Assembly: GCF_021497505.1 (NCBI RefSeq)
Contig: NZ_CP069349.1
Location: forward strand, 179,861-211,860
Origin: Turicibacter sp. TJ11
Lineage (GTDB): Bacteria; Bacillota_I; Bacilli_A; MOL361; Turicibacteraceae
Length of the DNA: 32,000 bases
Direction: 5' to 3'
Within the stretch, counting starts at the first letter, position 1; each line of letters opens with the position of its first letter. Positions 16,603 to 26,323 of this stretch are shown here, piece by piece. The position numbers and the translations under genes were made by a program. The notes beneath the pieces were generated by a model. That model saw nothing but the letters and a program-made list of their open reading frames with translations, searched no databases and had not been told where the DNA came from.

Positions 16603-18582
16603 GTGGAAAATAACATCTCATTACAATCAATTAATGCAATTCGTACATTAGGTATTGATGCCATTAACAAGGCAAATTCGGGTCATCCAGGGGTTGTATT
16701 AGGGGCAGCACCAATGGCTTATACTTTATTTACAAAACATATGACTGTTAATCCAACAAACAGTAGTTGGTTTAATCGTGACCGTTTTGTATTAGCAGCA
16801 GGACATGGATCAATGTTACTTTATTCATTATTACATTTATCAGGATATAATGTGAGTATGGATGACATTAAACAATTTCGTCAGTGGGATTCTAAAACAC
16901 CAGGACATCCTGAGTTCGGGCACACAGACGGGGTTGATGCAACAAGTGGTCCTTTAGGTCAAGGAATTCCAATGGCAGTCGGAATGGCATTAGCTGAGAA
17001 GTTTTTAGCTAGTCGCTATAATAAGGAAGGATATCCATTAGTTGATCATTATAACTTTGTTATTTGTGGTGATGGTGACTTAATGGAAGGTGTCACAAGC
17101 GAAGCGTCATCATTAGCAGGACATTTAGGATTAGGAAAAGTGGTTGTTTTATACGACTCAAATGATATCTGTTTAGATGGTGATTTAACACAAAGTTTTA
17201 CAGAAGATGTATTAAAACGTTATGAATCTTATGGATGGCATGTTCAACGTGTAGAAGACGGAACAGATATTGAGGCAATTAATGCGGCAATTGAGTGTGC
17301 AAAACAAACAACAGATAAGCCATCAATCATTGAAGTTAAAACAGTGATTGGATATGGGTCAAAACTTCAAGGAACAAACGCTGTTCATGGAGCCCCATTA
17401 GGTGAAGAAGATAGTGCGCATGCAAAAACTCAATATGGATGGACACATGAACCATTTACTGTTCCAACAGAGGTGTATACACATTTTGAAGAAACAATTA
17501 AATCTCGTGGACAAGAAGCCAACAAACAATGGGATGAATTATTTGCACGTTATTCAAAAGAATATCCGGAATTAGCTGAAGAATTAACGAAAGCTATGAA
17601 CAATGAATTAATGGTTGATTTAGCTGACGTGATGCCTTCATATGAAATTGGACATTCACAAGCAACACGTGATACAAACAATGAAGCAATTAACGCGATT
17701 GCCTCTGTTATTCCTTACTTTTTAGGAGGATCAGCGGATCTTTCGCATTCTAATAAAACAAATATTAAAAATGGTGGAGATTTCTCAAAAGTAACACCAG
17801 ATGGTCGTAATATCTATTTTGGTGTTCGTGAATTCGCTATGGCTTCAATTTTAAACGGAATGATGTTACATGGTGGAGTACGTGTCTTTGGAGGAACATT
17901 CTTCGTATTCTGTGATTACTTAAAACCGGCAATGCGTATGGCCGCGTTAATGGGATTACCAGTCACTTACGTCTTAACACACGATTCAATTGCGGTTGGA
18001 GAAGATGGACCAACTCACGAACCAATCGAGCAATTAGCTATGTTACGTACGATTCCAAACTTCTCAGTCATCCGTCCAGCAGATGCGAATGAAACGGCAG
18101 CAGCTTGGCGTTTAGCTGTTGAGTCAAAATCAACACCAACTGCTTTAGTTTTAACTCGTCAAAACTTAACAACAATGGCTAATACTTCATATGAAGGTGT
18201 TAGCAAAGGGGCATATGTCGTTAGTGAAGCACAAGGTGAGATGGATGGAATTTTGATTGCAACAGGATCTGAAGTGAATTTAGCTGTTGCCGCTCAAGAA
18301 GCATTAGCTCAAGAAGGAATTTATGTTCGTGTTGTAAGTATGCCTTCAATGGACTTATTTGAAAAGCAAACAAAAGAGTATCGCGATTCAGTTCTTCCAA
18401 AATCAGTAACAAAACGTTTATCAATTGAAATGGGAGCAACATATGGATGGCATAAATATGTTGGATTCGATGGTGTTATTTTAGGGATTGACCGATTTGG
18501 AGCTTCAGCACCAGCTAACCAAGTGATTGAAGCTTACGGATTTACGGTAGAAAACGTTGTTTCTTTATATAAAGGAATGTAA
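16603..18582 (+). CDS. tkt: transketolase
   Basis: [28 protein letters not shown] thiamine diphosphate motif; GTG start with aaaggaggt SD. Confidence 0.98.
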   Translation: MENNISLQSINAIRTLGIDAINKANSGHPGVVLGAAPMAYTLFTKHMTVNPTNSSWFNRDRFVLAAGHGSMLLYSLLHLSGYNVSMDDIKQFRQWDSKTPGHPEFGHTDGVDATSGPLGQGIPMAVGMALAEKFLASRYNKEGYPLVDHYNFVICGDGDLMEGVTSEASSLAGHLGLGKVVVLYDSNDICLDGDLTQSFTEDVLKRYESYGWHVQRVEDGTDIEAINAAIECAKQTTDKPSIIEVKTVIGYGSKLQGTNAVHGAPLGEEDSAHAKTQYGWTHEPFTVPTEVYTHFEETIKSRGQEANKQWDELFARYSKEYPELAEELTKAMNNELMVDLADVMPSYEIGHSQATRDTNNEAINAIASVIPYFLGGSADLSHSNKTNIKNGGDFSKVTPDGRNIYFGVREFAMASILNGMMLHGGVRVFGGTFFVFCDYLKPAMRMAALMGLPVTYVLTHDSIAVGEDGPTHEPIEQLAMLRTIPNFSVIRPADANETAAAWRLAVESKSTPTALVLTRQNLTTMANTSYEGVSKGAYVVSEAQGEMDGILIATGSEVNLAVAAQEALAQEGIYVRVVSMPSMDLFEKQTKEYRDSVLPKSVTKRLSIEMGATYGWHKYVGFDGVILGIDRFGASAPANQVIEAYGFTVENVVSLYKGM

Positions 18583-18592
18583 TAATTAACTT

Positions 18593-18628
18593 AAAGATTG
18601 TTTCCCTTTTGGAAACAATCTTTTTATT
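18593..18628 (+). terminator. Rho-independent terminator after tkt
   Basis: AAAGATTGTTTCC ctttt GGAAACAATCTTT TT. Confidence 0.9.
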
Positions 18629-18882
18629 ATTTAGGTATTAAAAAAGTCATTTAGCCGCGAAGCGTGTATAGTTATTTCGTGTTAACTAAAAATAAGAGTG
18701 ATGATAGATTTTTCACGCTTAAAAAACTTTCAGCTACATGACTATTTAACTATTAAAGTCATTAATGAATGAAGTTGGTATCCAATGACGAAAAACATTT
18801 GTGCTTTTATAAAGATCATCATTTTAATTTAAAAACGTTATCAAATAGTGTGTGTCAGGGTAGGGGTTTCGCCTATAATCAC

Positions 18883-18911
18883 TTGACAGATTGACCATAA
18901 TCTAGTATAAA
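18883..18911 (+). promoter_or_regulatory. sigma-A promoter for yneF
   Basis: TTGACA - 17 nt - TATAAA. Confidence 0.7.
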
Positions 18912-18964
18912 TTGAATATAATAGTGGTCTATTGAATAGTAAAATATGTTTGGAGGAAATAGAT

Positions 18965-19186
18965 ATGTTAACGAACTGGTTATTCTGGTTATGGATTATT
19001 ATCGCCTTATTAGTAGGAGCCGTTGTTGGATTTTTTGTTGCCCAACGTCAATTAAAAAAATATTTACAAAAAAATCCACCTATCAATGAAGAAGTGGTTC
19101 GTACAATGATGATGCAAATGGGACGCACACCTTCTCAAAAACAAATTAACCAAGTAATGAAACAAATTAACCAAAATATGAAGTAA
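18965..19186 (+). CDS. yneF: UPF0154 family membrane protein YneF
   Basis: WLWIIIALLVGAVVGFFVAQRQLKKYLQKNPPINEEVVRTMMMQMGRTPSQKQINQVMKQI; start ATG 18965 after ggagg. Confidence 0.93.
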   Translation: MLTNWLFWLWIIIALLVGAVVGFFVAQRQLKKYLQKNPPINEEVVRTMMMQMGRTPSQKQINQVMKQINQNMK

Positions 19187-19194
19187 GAACTAGT

Positions 19195-19240
19195 AAAGCA
19201 TTGAAGTGATCAAAAGTCATTTAATGCTTTTTCTTTTTTA
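19195..19240 (+). terminator. Probable terminator after yneF
   Basis: AAAGCATT ... AATGCTTTTTCTTTTTT (long loop). Confidence 0.6.
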
Positions 19241-19305
19241 AAACTTTTGATAGCTAATTAACATCATTAATGATTAGGCTCTTTCTTATTAAAATGAAGA
19301 CAAAT

Positions 19306-19330
19306 AAAAAGAGCCGAAACGGCTCTTTTT
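19306..19330. terminator. Terminator downstream of the spo0E-like gene (minus strand)
   Basis: AAAAAGAGCCG aaa CGGCTCTTTTT. Confidence 0.9.
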
Positions 19331-19331
19331 A

Positions 19332-19520
19332 TTATAATTGATGTTTGTGTGTCATATATTCATTAACAACAACGTCAAGTTCCTGGCTTTTAGCAACGGT
19401 TAATTCATGAACCATCCCAAAATTTTTAACTAACTCATGTAATTCAGCTTTTATTTTTGTAATTCGATCATAAAGCATTTTTGTTTCAGTTGATGTTGTT
19501 GAAAAAGTAGTTGCTTTCAT
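19332..19520 (-). CDS. Spo0E-like aspartyl-phosphate phosphatase family protein
   Basis: Helix-turn-helix hairpin pattern IxxxxxELHELVKNFG....(V)AKSQELDVVVNEYM matching the Spo0E family SQxLD signature; SD ggggggag upstream on the minus strand. Confidence 0.8.
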   Translation of the reverse strand: MKATTFSTTSTETKMLYDRITKIKAELHELVKNFGMVHELTVAKSQELDVVVNEYMTHKHQL

Positions 19521-19546
19521 TTGGCTCCCCCCTGAAAGATTTCTTC

Positions 19547-20131
19547 TTAGAAGAATGAAACTTTATTCTCTGTTCCGTTTAAAATACGTTTATAATTTGG
19601 AATATGCTTCACAATAATAAGTGCAGCAAAGATTGAAAGCATTACTCGTGCAGTTAAGTCATAAGGTCCACACCATATAATAATAACAGCAGCAATAGAA
19701 ATGATCGTTGATGATAAAGATACCATTTTCCAAATCTTAAGAGTAATAACGAAAATAACAAAGAGTGTCAAAAACAGTAGTGGAGAGTAAAATAATATAA
19801 TCCCTGCACTTGTAGCAACTGCTTTTCCACCTTTGAAATTAGCGAAAATTGGATAAATATGACCGACTAAAGCAAAGACAGCAATAAATAAAGGTGAAAT
19901 AGTCGCTCCGCCATAACTAGCGATTAAGAAGGCTAGTCCCCCTTTTAAAATGTCTAGAATAAAAACAATTGATCCACCTTTTTTACCTAAAATACGAAAT
20001 GCATTTGTGCTTCCTAGGTTTCCAGATCCATAGTTACGAATATCTTTTTGATAAAATGTTTTCCCAATGACTAATGCAGAAGGGAATGATCCTAATAAAT
20101 AGGCTATAATGATTAAAGCTATATTTATCAT
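19547..20131 (-). CDS. plsY: glycerol-3-phosphate acyltransferase PlsY
   Basis: Reverse complement of ...gctatatttatcat reads MINIALIII...; PlsY motifs GSFPSA, IRNYGSGNLGSTNAFR, FKGGKAVATSAG; SD aaaggagg on the minus strand; divergent from parE as in Bacillus. Confidence 0.97.
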   Translation of the reverse strand: MINIALIIIAYLLGSFPSALVIGKTFYQKDIRNYGSGNLGSTNAFRILGKKGGSIVFILDILKGGLAFLIASYGGATISPLFIAVFALVGHIYPIFANFKGGKAVATSAGIILFYSPLLFLTLFVIFVITLKIWKMVSLSSTIISIAAVIIIWCGPYDLTARVMLSIFAALIIVKHIPNYKRILNGTENKVSFF

Positions 20132-20235
20132 GTAAATCCTCCTTTTTTGTAGAAATATTATAGCATATAGGAGAAAGATATTAGGTGAAATTACAAAAAA
20201 AAAATAAAAAACTTAATTTTCGACATATTTCACGG

Positions 20236-20264
20236 TGTAATTCGTAATCTAATTAATGTATAAT
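20236..20264 (+). promoter_or_regulatory. candidate parE promoter (weak -35)
   Basis: TATAAT at 20259-20264 with a weak -35 TGTAAT 17 nt upstream. Confidence 0.4.
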
Positions 20265-20379
20265 ACTTTTATTTTGTACGGAAATAAAAACATCAGTTCG
20301 TAATTTATAAAAATAATATCTTTTATTCTGCGTTAAAATCTTTTAAAATGAGATAATGGAAAGAGAAAGGAGTGTCATC

Positions 20380-22314
20380 ATGTCGACGCACTTAAATTAT
20401 AACGAAGATTCGATACAGGTACTTGAAGGATTAGAAGCAGTACGCAAAAGACCTGGGATGTATATTGGTTCGACAGATAGTCGAGGATTACATCATCTCG
20501 TTTATGAAATTGTTGATAATGCTATTGATGAAGTTTTAGCCGGATACGGTAATCATATAAAAGTTACTATTCATGAAAATAATAGTATTAGTGTCCAAGA
20601 CAGTGGGCGTGGAATTCCAACAGGAATGCATAAGTCTGGAAAACCAACTCCAGAAGTTATTTATACGGTCTTACATGCTGGTGGAAAGTTTGGTACAGGT
20701 GGTTATAAAACGTCAGGTGGGTTACACGGTGTAGGGGCTAGTGTTGTCAACGCCTTATCTGAATGGTTAGAAGTGACAATCAAACGTGATGGAGTCATTT
20801 ATCGTCAACGTTTTGAAAAAGGAGGCCATCCTGTTACTGGGTTAGAGGTGATAGGAAAGACTAAAGAAACAGGAACATTAGTCACATTTAAGCCAGATCC
20901 AGAAATTTTTTCGACAACGGTCTATTCTTTTGATATATTAAGTGAACGTTTACGCGAATCTGCGTTTTTATTAAAAGGACTTAAAATTGAACTTATTGAC
21001 TTACGTAATGATAAAGAAGAATCCTTTTATTATGAAGATGGAATTAAGTCATTTGTTAGTTATTTAAACGAAGGTAAAGATACGTTACACGAAGTGGTTT
21101 ATTTTGAAGGGGAAAGTCAAGAAATTGAAGTTGATTTTGCGTTTCAATATTCAGCGAGTTATTCAGAAAATATTTTATCTTTTGTTAATAATGTTCGTAC
21201 CAAAGATGGTGGGACGCATGAAACAGGTGCAAAAGCTGTTTTAACGCGTATTTTTAACGATTATGCTCGTCGTAATGGATTACTGAAAGAAAAAGATAAA
21301 AATTTAGAAGGTGCTGATATTCGTGAAGGATTATCAGCAATTGTATCTGTTCGTATTCCAGAAGCTTTATTGCAATTTGAAGGTCAAACAAAGGCAAAGC
21401 TTGGGACACAAGAAGCTCGTTCAGCAGTGGATAACGTAATTGCTGAGAAATTAACGTTCTTCTTTGAGGAAAATGGTGCGGTAGCGACGCAGTTAGTTAA
21501 AAAAGCGTTGAAAGCGGCACAAGCACGCGAAGCAGCACGTAAAGCACGTGAAGAGGCACGTACAGGTAAAACAAAAAAGAAAAAAGAAACGAATTTATCA
21601 GGAAAGTTAACACCTGCTCAAACAAAAAATCCTCAAAAAAACGAACTGTTTTTAGTCGAAGGGGATTCAGCGGGTGGATCAGCAAAACTAGGTCGTAATC
21701 GTGCCTTTCAAGCGATTCTTCCGTTACGAGGAAAAGTCATTAATACGGAAAAAGCTAAGATCGAAGATATCTTTAAAAACGAAGAAATTAATACAATGAT
21801 TTATACCATTGGTGCAGGTGTGGGTCCAAACTTTGAATTAAATGATGTCAACTACGATAAAATCATTATCATGACCGATGCCGATACAGATGGTGCTCAT
21901 ATTCAAGTGTTATTACTGACGTTCTTCTTCCGCTACATGAAGGAACTAGTAGAGGCAGGGAAAGTTTATATTGCGTTACCGCCACTTTATAAAGTTTCAA
22001 AGGGACAAGGTAAAAAACAGGTTATTGAATATGCATGGACAGATGAAGAGTTAGGTGAAGTTATTTCTAAGGTTGGAAAAGGTTATACCCTTCAACGTTA
22101 TAAAGGTCTTGGTGAGATGAACGCTGACCAGTTATGGGATACGACTATGAATCCTGAAACGCGCACATTAATTCAAGTAACCATTGAAGATGCTGCAGAT
22201 GCTGATCACCGAGTGACGACACTCATGGGAGATAAAGTTGAACCACGTCGTGAATGGATTGAGCAAAATGTCGACTTTACCATGGAAGATGATTATGATA
22301 TAGAGAGGGTGTAA
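20380..22314 (+). CDS. parE: DNA topoisomerase IV subunit B
   Basis: GHKL ATPase (EIVDNAIDEVLAG, GGLHGVGASVVNALS), Toprim EGDSAGGSAK, DTDGAHI; plsY/parE/parC order; start ATG 20380 after aaaggag. Confidence 0.95.
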   Translation: MSTHLNYNEDSIQVLEGLEAVRKRPGMYIGSTDSRGLHHLVYEIVDNAIDEVLAGYGNHIKVTIHENNSISVQDSGRGIPTGMHKSGKPTPEVIYTVLHAGGKFGTGGYKTSGGLHGVGASVVNALSEWLEVTIKRDGVIYRQRFEKGGHPVTGLEVIGKTKETGTLVTFKPDPEIFSTTVYSFDILSERLRESAFLLKGLKIELIDLRNDKEESFYYEDGIKSFVSYLNEGKDTLHEVVYFEGESQEIEVDFAFQYSASYSENILSFVNNVRTKDGGTHETGAKAVLTRIFNDYARRNGLLKEKDKNLEGADIREGLSAIVSVRIPEALLQFEGQTKAKLGTQEARSAVDNVIAEKLTFFFEENGAVATQLVKKALKAAQAREAARKAREEARTGKTKKKKETNLSGKLTPAQTKNPQKNELFLVEGDSAGGSAKLGRNRAFQAILPLRGKVINTEKAKIEDIFKNEEINTMIYTIGAGVGPNFELNDVNYDKIIIMTDADTDGAHIQVLLLTFFFRYMKELVEAGKVYIALPPLYKVSKGQGKKQVIEYAWTDEELGEVISKVGKGYTLQRYKGLGEMNADQLWDTTMNPETRTLIQVTIEDAADADHRVTTLMGDKVEPRREWIEQNVDFTMEDDYDIERV

Positions 22315-22317
22315 TAG

Positions 22318-24726
22318 ATGGACAAAGCTACCCAAGAACGTGTGCAAGTCATGCGTTTAGAAGACATTATGGGTGATCGTTTTGGACGTTACTCAAAATA
22401 TATTATTCAAGATCGTGCATTACCAGATGTGCGAGATGGACTAAAACCCGTTCAACGTCGTATTTTATATGCGATGTATAAAGAAGGAAACACATATGAA
22501 AAACCATTCCGTAAATCAGCTAAAACGGTTGGTAATGTAATTGGTAACTATCATCCGCATGGAGATACTTCGGTTTACGATGCGATGGTACGTTTATCTC
22601 AAGATTGGAAAGTTAGAGATCCACTTGTTCAAATGCATGGAAACAACGGGAGTATCGATGGAGATCCCGCTGCTGCGATGCGTTATACAGAGGCTCGTTT
22701 ATCAGCGATTTCTGGGTTATTATTAAAAGACATTGAAAAAAATTTAGTTGATTTTATTCCAAACTTTGATGATTCAATGACAGAACCAACGGTTTTACCT
22801 GCCTTTTTCCCTAATTTATTAGTGAATGGTGCAACTGGGATTTCAGCGGGATATGCCACAGATATTCCACCACACAACTTAGGTGAAATCATTGATGCTG
22901 TTATTTATCGAATGAATCATAAACAATGTGGATTAGATGATGTTTTAACGTTTGTTCAAGGACCTGATTTTCCAACAGGTGCTATTATTCAAGGGGAACA
23001 AGAGATTAAAAAAGCATATACCACAGGAAAAGGGCGTATCGTTGTTCGCTCAAAAACTGAAATTGAACCGATTCGTGGTGGACGTGAGCAAATTGTTGTC
23101 ACTGAAATTCCATATGAAGTCAATAAGGCTAACTTAGTTAAAAAGATTGATGATCTTCGCATTGATAAAAAAGTTGAAGGAATTATGGAAGTTCGCGATG
23201 AGACGGATCGAAATGGATTACGTGTTGTTATCGAATTGAAAAAAGATGTTAAGTCAGAAACGGTATTAAATTACTTATTTAAAAATACTGATTTGCAGAT
23301 TTCATATAACATTAATATGGTCGCTATTTACAACAAACGTCCGTTATTAATGGGGTTATTAGAGTTAATAGATGCTTACATTCAACATCAAAAAGAAGTT
23401 GTGACTAACCGTTCAAATTTTGAACTGAAAAAAGCACGTGAACGTCAACATATTGTTGAAGGATTAATTAAAATGGTATCTGTACTAGACGAAGTGGTTC
23501 GAATCATTCGTCAATCAAAAGATAAGTCAGATGCTAAGAAAAATTTAATTCAAGCGTTTGATTTTAGTGAGCGTCAAGCGGAAGCAATCGTCATGTTACA
23601 GCTATATCGCTTAACAAATACCGATGTCACAGCGCTTGAAAAGGAAAACGAAGAATTAAATGAAACGATCGAGCGCTTAATGTCAATTCTAAGTAGTGAA
23701 ACTAACCTATTAAAAGTGATTCAAAATGAGTTAAAATCAGTGAAGAAACAGTTTGAAACACCACGTCGTAGTGTCATTGAAAAACATATTCAAGAAATTA
23801 AAATTGACGAAACGGATATGATCGTTAAAGAAGATGTCATGGTGGCCGTTACAAAGGATGGATATGTTAAACGTACAAGTTTACGTTCATATAACGCGAC
23901 GAAATCAGATATCCCAGCGATGAAAGATGGAGACGAATTAGTAGCTAAACTTCAATTAGATACATTACAAACGTTGGTGATGTTTACAAATAGAGGAAGT
24001 TTTATCTACTTGCCAGTCTATAAACTACCAGATTTTAAATGGAAAGATATTGGTCAGCACGTTTCAAACCTAGTTACCATTGACTCAGAAGAAAAAATTA
24101 TTGCAGTTTATGCTGTTTCTGATTTTAAAACAGAAGAGTATTTCTTCTTCACGACTAAAAACGGAATGATTAAAAAGACGCGTTTAAGTGATTTTGAAGT
24201 TTCACGTTATCATCGGGCAATGGTTGCGATGTCAGTCAAAGAAGATGATGAATTAATGTCTGTCATCCGTTGTACATTTATGAATGATGTGATCATGGTT
24301 ACTAAAAAAGGATATCTGTTAAAATTCAGTGATGATGAAATTACTCCAACCGGACTTAAAGCGATGGGAATCAAGGGAATTCAAATTGGGGCTGATGACG
24401 AATTAATTAAAGTTATTTTGGCATCTGTTAATGATGAGTTATTATTTGTAACGCAACGCGGAAATGTTAAAAAATTAAAGGTAAAAGATATTGCCTTATC
24501 GACGCGTAATAAAAAAGGATGTTTAGGAATCAAAGCTATTAAATCAAATCCTCATCAATTTGTTGATTGTTTAAAAGTTTCACCTAAACAAGACATCTCC
24601 ATTGTCACGATGGATGGAACAACTAAGCTCAATACAGCGTTATTAAAACCTGTTGATTTAAATTCAGTGGGAACAAATATGGTTGATTCACCTGTTCTTA
24701 AATTTATGATTGAAGATACCGAATAA
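22318..24726 (+). CDS. parC: DNA topoisomerase IV subunit A
   Basis: DRALPDVRDGLKPVQRRILYAM, YHPHGDTSVYDAMVRLSQDW, YTEARL catalytic Tyr region. Confidence 0.95.
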   Translation: MDKATQERVQVMRLEDIMGDRFGRYSKYIIQDRALPDVRDGLKPVQRRILYAMYKEGNTYEKPFRKSAKTVGNVIGNYHPHGDTSVYDAMVRLSQDWKVRDPLVQMHGNNGSIDGDPAAAMRYTEARLSAISGLLLKDIEKNLVDFIPNFDDSMTEPTVLPAFFPNLLVNGATGISAGYATDIPPHNLGEIIDAVIYRMNHKQCGLDDVLTFVQGPDFPTGAIIQGEQEIKKAYTTGKGRIVVRSKTEIEPIRGGREQIVVTEIPYEVNKANLVKKIDDLRIDKKVEGIMEVRDETDRNGLRVVIELKKDVKSETVLNYLFKNTDLQISYNINMVAIYNKRPLLMGLLELIDAYIQHQKEVVTNRSNFELKKARERQHIVEGLIKMVSVLDEVVRIIRQSKDKSDAKKNLIQAFDFSERQAEAIVMLQLYRLTNTDVTALEKENEELNETIERLMSILSSETNLLKVIQNELKSVKKQFETPRRSVIEKHIQEIKIDETDMIVKEDVMVAVTKDGYVKRTSLRSYNATKSDIPAMKDGDELVAKLQLDTLQTLVMFTNRGSFIYLPVYKLPDFKWKDIGQHVSNLVTIDSEEKIIAVYAVSDFKTEEYFFFTTKNGMIKKTRLSDFEVSRYHRAMVAMSVKEDDELMSVIRCTFMNDVIMVTKKGYLLKFSDDEITPTGLKAMGIKGIQIGADDELIKVILASVNDELLFVTQRGNVKKLKVKDIALSTRNKKGCLGIKAIKSNPHQFVDCLKVSPKQDISIVTMDGTTKLNTALLKPVDLNSVGTNMVDSPVLKFMIEDTE

Positions 24727-24760
24727 AAAAATCGATTCTCTTATGAGAATCGATTTTTTT
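24726..24760 (+). terminator. Rho-independent terminator after parC
   Basis: AAAAATCGATTCTC ttat GAGAATCGATTTTT. Confidence 0.92.
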
Positions 24761-24845
24761 ATTGGCTTTTAGGTACTAGTAAGTGTCGATTAGATAACTT
24801 TTTATTGTTATTTTAAAATTATGAGAAGCATTCTTAAGGAAATAT

Positions 24846-24874
24846 TCATATTCATAAGTGTTGACTCATACAAT
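24846..24874 (+). promoter_or_regulatory. sigma-E (early mother cell) promoter for yqfCD
   Basis: TCATATT - 14 nt - CATACAAT, match to the Bacillus sigma-E consensus (GHATATT-14-CATACAHT). Confidence 0.75.
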
Positions 24875-24918
24875 CTTATGAGTATATGAAGAGTAAAGAC
24901 AAAAATGATGGTGATAAA

Positions 24919-25188
24919 ATGGAAATGGTTAATAAAGTTGAATCATTAATCTTTAAGCAAGCTTTGAATTATCCGCTTATTCAGCTCATACAAAATAAAA
25001 CCGTCATTGTAAATGATCGTTGTACGGTAGAACATTTCACAGAGGAGTCTTGTATTTTAAAGACCCCTGATCATAAATATATGATTTTAGGGGTTAATTT
25101 GCGGATTAAAGAGTACGGTGATTTAGTCATTAGAATTGAAAGTGATAGCATAAAAAAAATAGAAATAGTCGGTGATAAGAATGAATAA
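24919..25188 (+). CDS. yqfC: sporulation protein YqfC (YabP/YqfC family)
   Basis: YPLIQLIQNKTVIVNDRCTVEHFTEESCILKT...YMILGVNLRIKEYGDLVIRI; followed by yqfD. Confidence 0.88.
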   Translation: MEMVNKVESLIFKQALNYPLIQLIQNKTVIVNDRCTVEHFTEESCILKTPDHKYMILGVNLRIKEYGDLVIRIESDSIKKIEIVGDKNE

Positions 25189-26311
25189 CAAATGGTTAAG
25201 TATCTTCATTGCAAAAGTTCAAATTTTAGTGCCTTCTATGCGAGAAGTCACCCAACTCAGACAACAAAAAATTATGATTTATGGAATTAAAAAACATTCA
25301 GATGGCTATTTGGTTACAATCCGTAAGGATGTAGCCAAAGAGCTAGAAATGCAATATCCTATCGTATTAGAACTATCGATTTACCCTTCATTATTAAAGG
25401 TGATTGTTCCAATTGCTGTATTAACTTGTTTCTTGATGATTTTAATGAATAATCACACGATTGGTTATCGTGTCGATGGAAACTTAAACACTCAGGAACA
25501 AGAAGTTTTAGAGTCTTTATTAGAACCACACTTTAAACAAGTTGGCCCTTTTTACTTTTTAAAGAGTGATCTTTCAGATATAAAATCAGAGCTTAGTGAT
25601 TACTATAATGAGTATGTTTGGATTAATGTTTATCGTAAAGGAACTGATGTTATCGTTGAGGTTTACAATACACCTGTTGATGAAAGAGATAACTTAGACG
25701 GCTATACGGATACACTATATGCCAAGCGTTCAGGACTGATTAAAAATTATAAAGTTTCAAGTTGCCGAGTCTTAGTTGAGCAAAACCAAGTGGTTAAAGC
25801 AGGCGATCCATTAGTCACTTGTTATGTTGAACAACCATATACGACAGAAATTATTCCAATTGACGATACTGCTAAAGGAGAAGTTTGGGCGGATACTTGG
25901 TATGAAGCAACTATCACAGCAGAAAAAAGTTATGTGGAAGAAGGATATACTGCTAATAAACAAACCGCTTATGTTTTACATTTAGGTGGAATGGAATTTA
26001 CATTTCCGACCAAAGAGTTGCCTTATGAAAAATATGAAGAGGTTAACAAACAGTATAATCCGCTATTTTTCATGAAAGAATCGCCCCTTTATTTAGAAAA
26101 AAAGCAATATTATGAAAAAAGTGATATAATAAAAGTAAACACTTCTGATGAATTAAAAGCAAATCTTCTGACACTTGTTAAAAATTCTTTTAAAGAACAA
26201 ACAGATGGTGAGTTTATCATAAAAAATTTGGAGATAATAACAGAAGAAGAGACAGAGACACAATTTATTTTTAAGTGTCATCTGACGATATACGAAAATA
26301 TTGCCTATTAG
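25181..26311 (+). CDS. yqfD: sporulation protein YqfD
   Basis: Long C-terminal region with YNEYVWINVYRKGTDVIVEVYNT-type sequence, single TM, between yqfC and phoH; start ATG 25181 overlaps the yqfC end. Confidence 0.88.
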   Translation: MNNKWLSIFIAKVQILVPSMREVTQLRQQKIMIYGIKKHSDGYLVTIRKDVAKELEMQYPIVLELSIYPSLLKVIVPIAVLTCFLMILMNNHTIGYRVDGNLNTQEQEVLESLLEPHFKQVGPFYFLKSDLSDIKSELSDYYNEYVWINVYRKGTDVIVEVYNTPVDERDNLDGYTDTLYAKRSGLIKNYKVSSCRVLVEQNQVVKAGDPLVTCYVEQPYTTEIIPIDDTAKGEVWADTWYEATITAEKSYVEEGYTANKQTAYVLHLGGMEFTFPTKELPYEKYEEVNKQYNPLFFMKESPLYLEKKQYYEKSDIIKVNTSDELKANLLTLVKNSFKEQTDGEFIIKNLEIITEEETETQFIFKCHLTIYENIAY

Positions 26312-26323
26312 AGGAGCTGAATT

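Noticed and set aside
16446-16670. Minus-strand 74-aa hydrophobic ORF overlapping the tkt start
   Set aside because: AT-rich translation (many I/F/K) over the tkt promoter and N-terminus, with no SD.
20172-20232. GTGAAAT...ATTTCAC inverted repeat and A10 tract between plsY and parE
   Set aside because: Wide spacing in very AT-rich DNA; no convincing structure, although the region does contain real divergent promoters.
22541-23137. ORFs 22541-22726(+), 22683-22892(-), 22952-23137(-) inside parC and 21497-21685(-) inside parE
   Set aside because: Shadow ORFs over conserved topoisomerase IV sequence.
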